This document shows positions 16,762 through 24,203 of a stretch of 24,203 nucleotides of DNA, in pieces; the stretch's first letter is position 1, and each line of letters begins with the position of its first letter. Made by a program: the position numbers and the translations under genes. The stretch is from an uncultured virus (IMG/VR IMGVR_UViG_3300048576_000587) (lineage: Duplodnaviria > Heunggongvirae > Uroviricota > Caudoviricetes): the IMG/VR virus record IMGVR_UViG_3300048576_000587. One strand, written 5' to 3'. The notes beneath the pieces are model-generated. The model worked only from the letters and a program-made list of their open reading frames with translations, was not told the origin of the DNA and did not search any database.

Positions 16762-18942
16762 ATGGGTAGTTCGAATAATTCAAATATAGCAATGAATATC
16801 AAGGAAACTACTTCAGGCGGTTTTGATGATATTAACAAATCGGTTGTTATGTTAACAAAAAACTTACAAGAAATGGCCAATAAAGGTCAAGAAGCTGCAA
16901 AGAAACTAAAGTTTACGGAGCAGGCAAAACAAATTAATGAGTTTGTCGGTATAATTACTGATTTTGCAAAAAATGTGGATTTGGCAAATAGTATATTGGG
17001 TAAACTGGGAAACGAAGGGAAAAAGACTTCTACCTTATTTGAAAAGTTCGGCTTGGCGCTAAGTGATTCTATAATTAAAGCCATCCAACCCTTTTTAAAA
17101 TCTTTGAACGAAGGAATGTTGCCGGTACTCGCTATTATCGCCAATAGTTTTCAAAAGGTAGGTGTAAACATTGCGCCATTGATAGCAATACTTGCCCAAC
17201 TCCTACAAGTTGGTTTGCAAGCAATAGTCCCCGTATTGCAAGAGTTGGGAAATATAATTGTGTTTGTTTCGGAAAAGGTCGGCCAGTTTTTGGCCCCATT
17301 ATCAAACCTGGCTAATATCACCAGTGTGTTAGTCCCTATCATAACCGGGCTTATGATAGCTTTAGGTGCTATTAAAGTAGCGACACTCATTAATATGATA
17401 CCCCAGTTAGTGGCTGGATTTGCGACATGGGCCGTTCATGCTGGCACCGCCGCCGTAGCGACTTTGTCCGCAACAGGGCCAATTATTGGCATAGCATTAG
17501 CAGTTGTCGCTGGGATTGCCACAATTATTGCCCTTGTTCAAAGCTGGAAAGAACTCTGGAATGCCGCGCAAGTAATCTGGAAAGCCATCAGTGATGTAAT
17601 CGTTGCTTATGTTAGTGGCTGGAAAATGTTATTTGTTGGTCTTGGTAAAGTTATCTGGGGTGCGCTGACGCTTGATAAAAAGATGATTGATGCGGGGTTA
17701 AATGATGTAAAAGGCGCGGTGACCGGATTTATGGGTACTCTCGGTCAATCTGCCAACGAATCGGTAAACGCGTTGGGTAAAGTCGGTTCTGCTATATGGG
17801 GCAACATGGTAAATAACGCGAAAAATGCTGCCAGTTTTCTCCAAGGATCACTGACCGATACCAAACAAATCAACCAGCAAATAACCGAGGAAGAGAAGAA
17901 GCTAAACGAACAACGGGAAGCATTTGAAAAAGATTGGAGTAAAAAATTACGTGGTGAAACCGCCAGCCGGCTTGAACTTCTTGAGGATGAGAAAAAAGAA
18001 GCTCTTGCCAAAGCAGAGGAATTACACGCCAATAAAAGTGATATTGAAGCATATTATGATAAAAAAAGTAAAGATCTTGCTAAGGAAACTGCGGATGCTA
18101 AAGCACAAATCGAACATGAATTTATTTTAAAGTCAGAAGGAGAACTTCAACGGCGTATAGATGAACTTGATGATGAAATGAACGCTAAACTGGATGCAGC
18201 CAGAAAAGTAAACGCCGATGAAGCAAAGATTATAAAATATTATGATGATCAAAAAACCAAGGTAATCCAGGAAGGTGAAAAGAAGAGACGGGATGAGATC
18301 ATCAAGACGATTCAACAAGGATTATCAACCACAAAAGATATAGTAGGCAAGCTTTCAGGTTTATTCAATCAATATTACGATAACCGTTCCAAAGAAATTG
18401 ACGCCAACTATGCGGCGGAGAAAAAACGGATTATGGAATCCCAGATGAACGAGGAAGAAAAGAAAAAGGCTTTGGATGCCTTAGATGCGGATACCGATAA
18501 AAAGAAAAAACAACTGGCCAGAGAACAAGCCCAAACAAATAAGACTGTTGCTATATTTAACGCGGTTATTGATACGGCTCAAGCAATTGTATCGTCGCTG
18601 GCGGGGGGAATACCTCCCATGAATTTCATTATGGCAGCTTTAGCAGGGGCCATGGGCGCCGCCCAAATCGCGTTAATTTCAGCTCAACCTCTCCCGGCCT
18701 TGGCATCAGGGGGTATTATAACATCCAGTGGTATGGCGCTCGTTGGAGAACAGGGCCCGGAGCTGGTTACTCTGCCGCAGGCGGCTTCCGTTATTCCGTT
18801 AAACCGTCCACAGTTAAACGCGGCCGGTTTTGGCGGTTATAGCACCGCCAATATTACCCTTGAGATCGACGGACGGGCTTTGGTCAAGCAATTGGGGACA
18901 CCGCTTAGAGATGTGCTGCGAATCAAGACCGGTCTCAAATAG
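16762..18942 (+). CDS. Tail tape measure protein (~726 aa)
   Basis: Long helical protein with amphipathic/hydrophobic middle, W-spaced repeats, charged coiled coil and C-terminal PALASGGI..ALVGEQGPELV..IDGRAL; ATG 16762 with AAGGTGGTG RBS. Confidence 0.9.
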   Translation: MGSSNNSNIAMNIKETTSGGFDDINKSVVMLTKNLQEMANKGQEAAKKLKFTEQAKQINEFVGIITDFAKNVDLANSILGKLGNEGKKTSTLFEKFGLALSDSIIKAIQPFLKSLNEGMLPVLAIIANSFQKVGVNIAPLIAILAQLLQVGLQAIVPVLQELGNIIVFVSEKVGQFLAPLSNLANITSVLVPIITGLMIALGAIKVATLINMIPQLVAGFATWAVHAGTAAVATLSATGPIIGIALAVVAGIATIIALVQSWKELWNAAQVIWKAISDVIVAYVSGWKMLFVGLGKVIWGALTLDKKMIDAGLNDVKGAVTGFMGTLGQSANESVNALGKVGSAIWGNMVNNAKNAASFLQGSLTDTKQINQQITEEEKKLNEQREAFEKDWSKKLRGETASRLELLEDEKKEALAKAEELHANKSDIEAYYDKKSKDLAKETADAKAQIEHEFILKSEGELQRRIDELDDEMNAKLDAARKVNADEAKIIKYYDDQKTKVIQEGEKKRRDEIIKTIQQGLSTTKDIVGKLSGLFNQYYDNRSKEIDANYAAEKKRIMESQMNEEEKKKALDALDADTDKKKKQLAREQAQTNKTVAIFNAVIDTAQAIVSSLAGGIPPMNFIMAALAGAMGAAQIALISAQPLPALASGGIITSSGMALVGEQGPELVTLPQAASVIPLNRPQLNAAGFGGYSTANITLEIDGRALVKQLGTPLRDVLRIKTGLK

Positions 18943-18954
18943 GAGGTGAAAGAT

Positions 18955-20658
18955 ATGGAAGTTCGAATGAATGGGGTTCCCGTGGCATATGTCAGTGAGA
19001 GCATCTCCATCGAAGATACGATCGGTGAACGATCCACGGCTTCATTTACGGTTTGGGATGAAACCGGGACGGCACATTATAGCAAGGGAACGCCCTACCA
19101 AATATTCAATGATGACAATGAACTGCTGATATCGGGCGTGGTTGAGGATTCCAAGGCAAAGAAGTGCAGTCCGGTGGAACCCGGAATTCTTCATGATATC
19201 ACCGGAATCGACAATCATTATTTCGCCGATAAACGGATTGCCGCTAAGTCTTACAAAGCCCAAACCGCCGGTTATATCATTCGTGATCTAATCCAAAGTT
19301 ATCTGGCCGATGAAGGAATCACAGCTTCAACGCAGATCCAGGATGGGCCGGTTATCAACGAGGTTATCTTCAATTACATTCCAGTGAGCGACTGTATCGA
19401 CTCATTGGCTGAGAAAACCAGATTTTGGTGGAACATCGATGCCGCGAAACAAGTGACTTTCGTTTCCAAGTGTACCAATAACGCCCCTTGGGAGTTATCC
19501 GCCGGAGATATCATCGGAGAACCGGTGATCACCCGTGGCAATCCTCAATACCGGAATAAACAATATGTTCTCGGCGGCAAAGCCACCACGGATACCTTAA
19601 CGGAAACAAAATACGGGGATGGAAATACCAAAACATATACCGTGGGCTTTCCGATTGCTGAAAAACCGGTAATCAGAGTTTCAGGCGTTGAGAAAACGGT
19701 TGGAATCAAAGGAACTGATGAAAACAAAGACTGGTACTGGGCCAAAAGCGATCCGATCATTACCAGTGATACGGAGTTGGCCAATGGCGCCCTGCTTCAA
19801 ATTACCTATAAAGGCGAGTATCCGGTTATCGGAGTATACAAGTCCGACGATCAAAAAACAATATTGCGGGGGATTGAGGGTAGCGGTTCGGGGATAGTGG
19901 AGAATGTTGTCAAGCAAGAAACCAATGATAAAGATGCTGCTTTGCAATATGCCATCAGTTTGATTGATCAATACGCGACCGATGGCGAGAAAATTCAGTT
20001 TAAAACTGACCGGAAGGGGCTTAAACCAGGCCAGTTCTTAACGGTGAATCTTCCGGAATACGGGATGTGTGAACCTCCGTATAACCAATTGTTGATCGAA
20101 TCCGTTCATATCCAGGATGATATTTACCAATTGATTTATGAGGTAACGGCCTCCCGGGGGCCCATTGACGGAAGTTGGGCCAAGTTCTTCTATGATTTGA
20201 TGAAACCCACGCCATCAACTATCAGGGAGAATCTAGGCGAGAATGAGACACTATTAATCGTGTTGCCATACTCCAAGAACTGGCTGCCAACCGAAAGCCC
20301 CAATATATTCAAGGAGTTATATCCGGCGGCGAATCTATACCCAAGTCCAACCCTATATCCGCAGTTTAGTGCGGAAAATCGAATCAATTACGTCGCTTTA
20401 ATTGATGAAAATGAAAATGAAATATTCCGGAATAAGTGGATCAGTCAAACGGACACCGGCACCGGCACCATCGAGACTACTTTTTATATTCAACCGGCGG
20501 AGGGCGTGGGCAGTATTAAAAAAATCTACTGGTACGGCGGAGCAACCGCCTCGTTATATCCGGGCAGCGGCGTTAGAATGGCCTGGGTTAACTATGATCA
20601 TATCAAAACCAATGTTGAATCAATTCAAATCCAGAGAACTGATACGAAGGGATGGTAA
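18955..20658 (+). CDS. Tail tip/baseplate hub-like minor tail protein
   Basis: Directly after the tape measure gene; AGGAGGTG RBS; AGYIIRDLI, SDCIDSLAE..WNID and GLKPGQFLTV fit hub/Tal-like architecture. Confidence 0.65.
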   Translation: MEVRMNGVPVAYVSESISIEDTIGERSTASFTVWDETGTAHYSKGTPYQIFNDDNELLISGVVEDSKAKKCSPVEPGILHDITGIDNHYFADKRIAAKSYKAQTAGYIIRDLIQSYLADEGITASTQIQDGPVINEVIFNYIPVSDCIDSLAEKTRFWWNIDAAKQVTFVSKCTNNAPWELSAGDIIGEPVITRGNPQYRNKQYVLGGKATTDTLTETKYGDGNTKTYTVGFPIAEKPVIRVSGVEKTVGIKGTDENKDWYWAKSDPIITSDTELANGALLQITYKGEYPVIGVYKSDDQKTILRGIEGSGSGIVENVVKQETNDKDAALQYAISLIDQYATDGEKIQFKTDRKGLKPGQFLTVNLPEYGMCEPPYNQLLIESVHIQDDIYQLIYEVTASRGPIDGSWAKFFYDLMKPTPSTIRENLGENETLLIVLPYSKNWLPTESPNIFKELYPAANLYPSPTLYPQFSAENRINYVALIDENENEIFRNKWISQTDTGTGTIETTFYIQPAEGVGSIKKIYWYGGATASLYPGSGVRMAWVNYDHIKTNVESIQIQRTDTKGW

Positions 20659-20662
20659 AACA

Positions 20663-21604
20663 ATGAATACAGTTGAATTTGTTGACGGGGGCGCGCCGGG
20701 GATCAGTGCCGCTTTATTGAATGAACCATTTCAGATTAAGACACCCTCAAACGATAACGGAAATATCGTTGTAACCATTGGAACTGGACGGGCCAATTTC
20801 GGGAGTTTGCCGTTGGTTGAAAAGCTGACGGATAGCCAATTGATCATTACGTCACCGACGATTAATACCACGTATTACATTTTTCTTAAAAGTGACGGCA
20901 CTTTTGTATCCAATGTATCCAGTGATCCGCAGGATGGACAAGTCCTGTTGGGAGCCGTGGTTGTTGGGGAAACTCTAAACACGTTGTCAAAGCTTGACTT
21001 ACGGGGAATGCTGCCGGGATGCTATGGAACTGTACCCAGCCTGATAGTTAAGAACCGGACGGGAAATACTCCATTTGTTGATTTTTTTACTAGCGGCAAT
21101 AGTAATTATGACGCCAGGATTAGTTGCTCGGGCGGAAATACCACGGCTGGAAACGGGGATATTAACTTTGCAGGAAAATACATAAGGATCAATGATGAAG
21201 AACTCAACAAATGGGCCACACTTGGTGATACTGTTCTTTATACGGCGAATGCAGAACGCTCAGCGCCTTATGGAAGTAGTTTTTCAAAAAGATTTCGTGT
21301 AAAATATCCTGGAAACTACCGGATCCATGCTGAACTCAGAACTAATACCATTGGTTGGGGAGCTACAGTCACTGCAACCGCTCGCGGTGTAAGTAGTTCT
21401 GCATTCTCAGGTCTTACTACATATACCGGGGCAAATATTGATTTGATTGGAGTAGGAGCGAATGAGCTCATTAGTGTTACCGTTACGGTAGGTGGGGACT
21501 ATTATCATCAAGGAGCAACCGGGTATATGAAAAATGTGAGTTTACGATGTAATTATATTAACTATGATCCCAATAATTATACCTATGGTATGGTAGTAGA
21601 TTAA
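20663..21604 (+). CDS. Tail fibre / receptor-binding protein of the flexible-tail module
   Basis: Start moved to ATG 20663, 4 nt after the hub stop; FVDGGAPGISAALLN anchor-like motif; domain shared with the collar fibres; beta-rich C-terminus. Confidence 0.7.
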   Translation: MNTVEFVDGGAPGISAALLNEPFQIKTPSNDNGNIVVTIGTGRANFGSLPLVEKLTDSQLIITSPTINTTYYIFLKSDGTFVSNVSSDPQDGQVLLGAVVVGETLNTLSKLDLRGMLPGCYGTVPSLIVKNRTGNTPFVDFFTSGNSNYDARISCSGGNTTAGNGDINFAGKYIRINDEELNKWATLGDTVLYTANAERSAPYGSSFSKRFRVKYPGNYRIHAELRTNTIGWGATVTATARGVSSSAFSGLTTYTGANIDLIGVGANELISVTVTVGGDYYHQGATGYMKNVSLRCNYINYDPNNYTYGMVVD

Positions 21605-21623
21605 TTGAAAGAGGCGGAATAAT

Positions 21624-21905
21624 ATGTTAATCATGATAAATCCGGGAACAAATCAAATCGAATTCATCACTACCGTTAGGCCCCAAGGACGCCTGTTATC
21701 CGCCGCGGAGAAGGAGATAGCCATCATTGAAGAGCCTCCTCCGCATTTAAAAGCATTTCATATTATAGACGATGATTTAATTTCGAAGTTATGGGAAGCG
21801 ATGGATAAATCCGCTATCATCGAAAGTATTACCCCGATTTTCAATGATAACGGTGACTTGGTTGATTTAGCAATTACCGAATACGGTATCGGGGAAGAAC
21901 GCTAA
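21624..21905 (+). CDS. Small hypothetical protein (possible fibre chaperone)
   Basis: RBS GAGGCGG; follows the receptor-binding gene; 93 aa, acidic. Confidence 0.6.
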   Translation: MLIMINPGTNQIEFITTVRPQGRLLSAAEKEIAIIEEPPPHLKAFHIIDDDLISKLWEAMDKSAIIESITPIFNDNGDLVDLAITEYGIGEER

Positions 21906-21974
21906 AGGATGAAACAACCAATGTCTGATGAAGAACAGTAAACATGGAGAATTATCCGAAATACCTTTGTATTT

Positions 21975-22013
21975 TGAGCAGTGCCTAGCCATCCGGCCAA
22001 GCACTGCTCATTT
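21975..22013 (+). terminator. Stem-loop, probable terminator or attenuator
   Basis: TGAGCAGTGC (21975-21984) / GCACTGCTCA (22001-22010) followed by TTT; short U-tract. Confidence 0.5.
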
Positions 22014-22096
22014 CCCTCCGGTTGCATGGAGAAAATTCCATGTACGAATCGTTTCTATGGCGATATCAAAAATCCGTTGGATTGGAGTCGTTGCGT

Positions 22097-22801
22097 ATGA
22101 ATCAAAATAACATCCGGAATTTGGTTGTTTGCAGGGCCGGAGATACATCGCTCCATCCATTATGGCTGCATCCCCCGGAAGATAAGAACTTCGATGTTTG
22201 GATCAATTATTTCGGAACCCAACCGGGCAAGTATGTCAATGATTGCTTGATTTATAAGGAATCGGGGGGAACCAAATTTCCGGAGTTATATGATTTAATC
22301 AATGAAAACCTGGAGCAAATATTAACATACGATACAGTTTGGCTTCCGGATGATGATATTGTCACCGATGTGGCCGCCATTAACCAAATGTTTCAAATAT
22401 TCAACGAGCATGAGTTATGGCTGGCCCAACCTTCTTTACATCCAAATTCCTATTATAGTTATTCAATTACGTTAAAAAATGACGGGTGTTCCATGCGATG
22501 TACTAATTTTGTGGAGTCAATGGTACCGGTTTTTGCCACGAAAATATTGCTTAAGCTGCTTCACACATTCAAGGAAAATGTTAGCGGCTGGGGGTTGGAC
22601 TTTATCTGGCCCAAATTGTTAGGAAATCCGAGGGATAAAGTAGGTATCATTGATTCGGTAGCTGTTTTTCACTCCCGGCCGGCGGGGGCAGGAGAACTTT
22701 ATCAACAGACACGGAAACCGGCAAATGATGAAATGGTAAACCTCACGGCGAAATATAAAATTTCATTGCCTTACCCCATGGTTACATACCAATTTTTATA
22801 G
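22097..22801 (+). CDS. DUF707-like putative glycosyltransferase
   Basis: Start ATG 22097 (GGAG RBS); RAGDTSLH, YDTVWLPDDDI, LAQPSL, TNFVESMVPVF, GWGLDFIW and IIDxVxVxHxRP motifs. Confidence 0.78.
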   Translation: MNQNNIRNLVVCRAGDTSLHPLWLHPPEDKNFDVWINYFGTQPGKYVNDCLIYKESGGTKFPELYDLINENLEQILTYDTVWLPDDDIVTDVAAINQMFQIFNEHELWLAQPSLHPNSYYSYSITLKNDGCSMRCTNFVESMVPVFATKILLKLLHTFKENVSGWGLDFIWPKLLGNPRDKVGIIDSVAVFHSRPAGAGELYQQTRKPANDEMVNLTAKYKISLPYPMVTYQFL

Positions 22802-22873
22802 ATTGTCTTCCGATGGGCGGACCTTTATTAACTGTCCTGCCGGTTTAATTTTAAATAAGCGATGGTGAACTTC

Positions 22874-23113
22874 ATGACCGAACCTGTAAACATTAAATTA
22901 GCGCGACTGGAAGAAAAACTGGATGCCGTGGCCGAGAAAATCGATAACTTGGTAAAATGCAACAGCGATACCCAAGCGCGTTTGCGGGAGATGGAGAATA
23001 AAACGAATCTCTATGGCACCTATTTTAAAATCATTGCTTTCGTGGGAGGCGCCATCTGGACCATTATTCTGCTGATTATCGGCAAGATCTTCGGCAAATG
23101 GTTTGGGGAATGA
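22874..23113 (+). CDS. XhlA-like lysis protein / holin
   Basis: N-terminal coiled coil (LARLEEKLD) and one C-terminal TM helix; end-of-tail-operon position; alternative start 22862. Confidence 0.6.
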   Translation: MTEPVNIKLARLEEKLDAVAEKIDNLVKCNSDTQARLREMENKTNLYGTYFKIIAFVGGAIWTIILLIIGKIFGKWFGE

Positions 23114-23159
23114 GGTTTAGACCGGTTATAATCGTATCTTTCGAACGGAGGTAAGTAAA

Positions 23160-23489
23160 ATGGGTGAATTTAGTATCACACCAATGGACGGCGGTTTGGT
23201 GGTTCTAGTAATATTGGGGGTCCAGGCCTTGAAAAAACATGTTGTCCCGCGCTGCGTCCCCGTATTACCTTTTATTATCAGTTGGATTTTAATGGTCCCG
23301 GCGGTCATCGTGGCCCGGGGGGGCATTCCTTCCGTTTTGGTCTTAATCTCCCAGGCTTTTTTGGAAGGCCTGAAGGTAGCCGTATTAGCCATGGCCACGT
23401 ATAAGATTCAATATACCACCGTGCTCGGGAAGCGGTCCGACAATATTTTTACAGGACATTCCCGGAAGAGTAAAGTGAAAAACCAATAA
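23160..23489 (+). CDS. Putative holin
   Basis: 109 aa, 2-3 hydrophobic helices, VQALKK..P..P motif, basic C-terminus; RBS GGAGGT. Confidence 0.6.
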   Translation: MGEFSITPMDGGLVVLVILGVQALKKHVVPRCVPVLPFIISWILMVPAVIVARGGIPSVLVLISQAFLEGLKVAVLAMATYKIQYTTVLGKRSDNIFTGHSRKSKVKNQ

Positions 23490-23524
23490 AACACCAAAAA
23501 TCAATTCATAATTACACCATTCCG

Positions 23525-23559
23525 GCCGGATTCATCCACCCGATGAATTCGGCTTTTTT
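23525..23559 (+). terminator. Intrinsic terminator closing the tail-lysis operon
   Basis: GCCGGATTCATC-CACCC-GATGAATTCGGC-TTTTTT. Confidence 0.88.
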
Positions 23560-23682
23560 CATTCCTGCATTGAGCCATTCCCCGGCTTTTGTCAAGGGAA
23601 ACTTCTTTCGTTAGGTTTTTGATGATAAGGATGATAAAATGGAATATAATGAGTCGTGATGATTTGATGAATGGAGGATAAA

Positions 23683-23964
23683 ATGGCGCAGGTAATGAAT
23701 GTACCGGAGATCATGAAAATAAAAAACCATCTGACGGAGTTGCAAGTCAAAGAATTGGTGAAGGAATGGGAGTTGCCCTATGAAAATCTGTTAACCCGGC
23801 TCCCGGCGGCTATTTTTTTTGTAACACCGGCCGGTGAGGAACAAATGACGGCAATCATTAACACATTGAAGAATTATCCCAATTTCAGCTGCCGGGAGAA
23901 CACTGAAAAGAAGTTATCCCAGTTGATGTACCGGATTACTTTTGAAGATCCTGATTTTAAATGA
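23683..23964 (+). CDS. Hypothetical protein, probably a host gene
   Basis: ATG 23683 with GGAGG RBS; TATAAT at 23645-23650; no phage motifs recognised. Confidence 0.65.
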   Translation: MAQVMNVPEIMKIKNHLTELQVKELVKEWELPYENLLTRLPAAIFFVTPAGEEQMTAIINTLKNYPNFSCRENTEKKLSQLMYRITFEDPDFK

Positions 23965-24023
23965 GATGGTGAAGTTCCTTCCTGTCAATCGACTATCCGG
24001 ATATGCATTGCAAGTTCATAGTG

Positions 24024-24203
24024 TCAATGATTTTTTAGGGGAGTATCATCATCTTTCTTACACCGGTAATGTTCATTGAGTAACCGATCAACTTCCGCCG
24101 CTGCTTCCAGGATTTCCTGATCGGTTACCCCTTTGAAATCCCACAGATCCATTAATTTTTTTTTGGCAGACCAAACTTCAGCCTTAATTGTCTGGGAACG
24201 CAC
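24024..24203 (-). CDS. Spo0E-like aspartyl-phosphate phosphatase (start at or beyond the window edge; absent from the ORF track)
   Basis: Minus strand reads VRSQTIKAEVWSAKKKLMDLWDFKGVTDQEILEAAAEVDRLLNEHYRCKKDDDTPLKNH*, matching the two-helix Spo0E pattern (EILxxSxELDxLxNEY-like; signature Ser appears as Ala). Confidence 0.6.
   Translation of the reverse strand: MRSQTIKAEVWSAKKKLMDLWDFKGVTDQEILEAAAEVDRLLNEHYRCKKDDDTPLKNH

Noticed and set aside
21925..21975. Second hammerhead-like motif CTGATGA...CGAAA, and the 60-aa ORF 21928-22110
   Set aside because: Stems I and II do not pair; the ORF lacks an RBS, crosses a hairpin and overlaps the next gene's start.
8151..22096. Longer ORF-track starts at 8151, 10408, 11669, 16750, 18946, 20402 and 22022
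   Set aside because: Downstream ATGs have better SD sequences or match paralog N-termini; the extensions overlap repeats, hairpins or other genes.
2063..23398. Numerous minus-strand and nested ORFs (e.g. 3243-3863, 12417-13079, 17745-18032)
   Set aside because: They are antisense shadows of well-supported + strand genes, with no recognisable motifs.
1..23559. Intact prophage, gene transfer agent, or eCIS/T6SS
   Set aside because: No capsid, portal, terminase, integrase, Afp15-like ATPase or membrane-complex genes in the window; a prophage origin for the left module cannot be excluded without upstream sequence.

Overview
Phage-tail gene cluster, almost all on the + strand, in what looks like an endospore-forming Bacillota host (strong GGAGG ribosome-binding sites; Spo0E-like gene at the right edge). 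The left part (1-11482) holds contractile-tail parts: the end of a gpI-like gene, a beta-propeller tail fibre, baseplate J, gpI, a second propeller fibre, and four tail-collar fibre paralogs with a shared MPDLT N-terminus. One paralog is frameshifted at a G7 run. The middle (11792-13969) has three tandem GT2/GT7-like glycosyltransferases. The right part (14019-23559) has an ArpU/RinA-type late activator followed, with no terminase, portal or capsid genes, by a sheath-less tail operon. That operon encodes a completion protein, tube, chaperone with a likely -1 frameshift, tape measure, hub, receptor-binding protein, a DUF707-like glycosyltransferase and two holin-like genes, then a terminator. 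Best reading (inference): a domesticated headless tailocin locus combining contractile (R-like) and flexible (F-like) modules, with at least seven fibre genes and four glycosyltransferases. Family calls come from motif recognition, not database searches.
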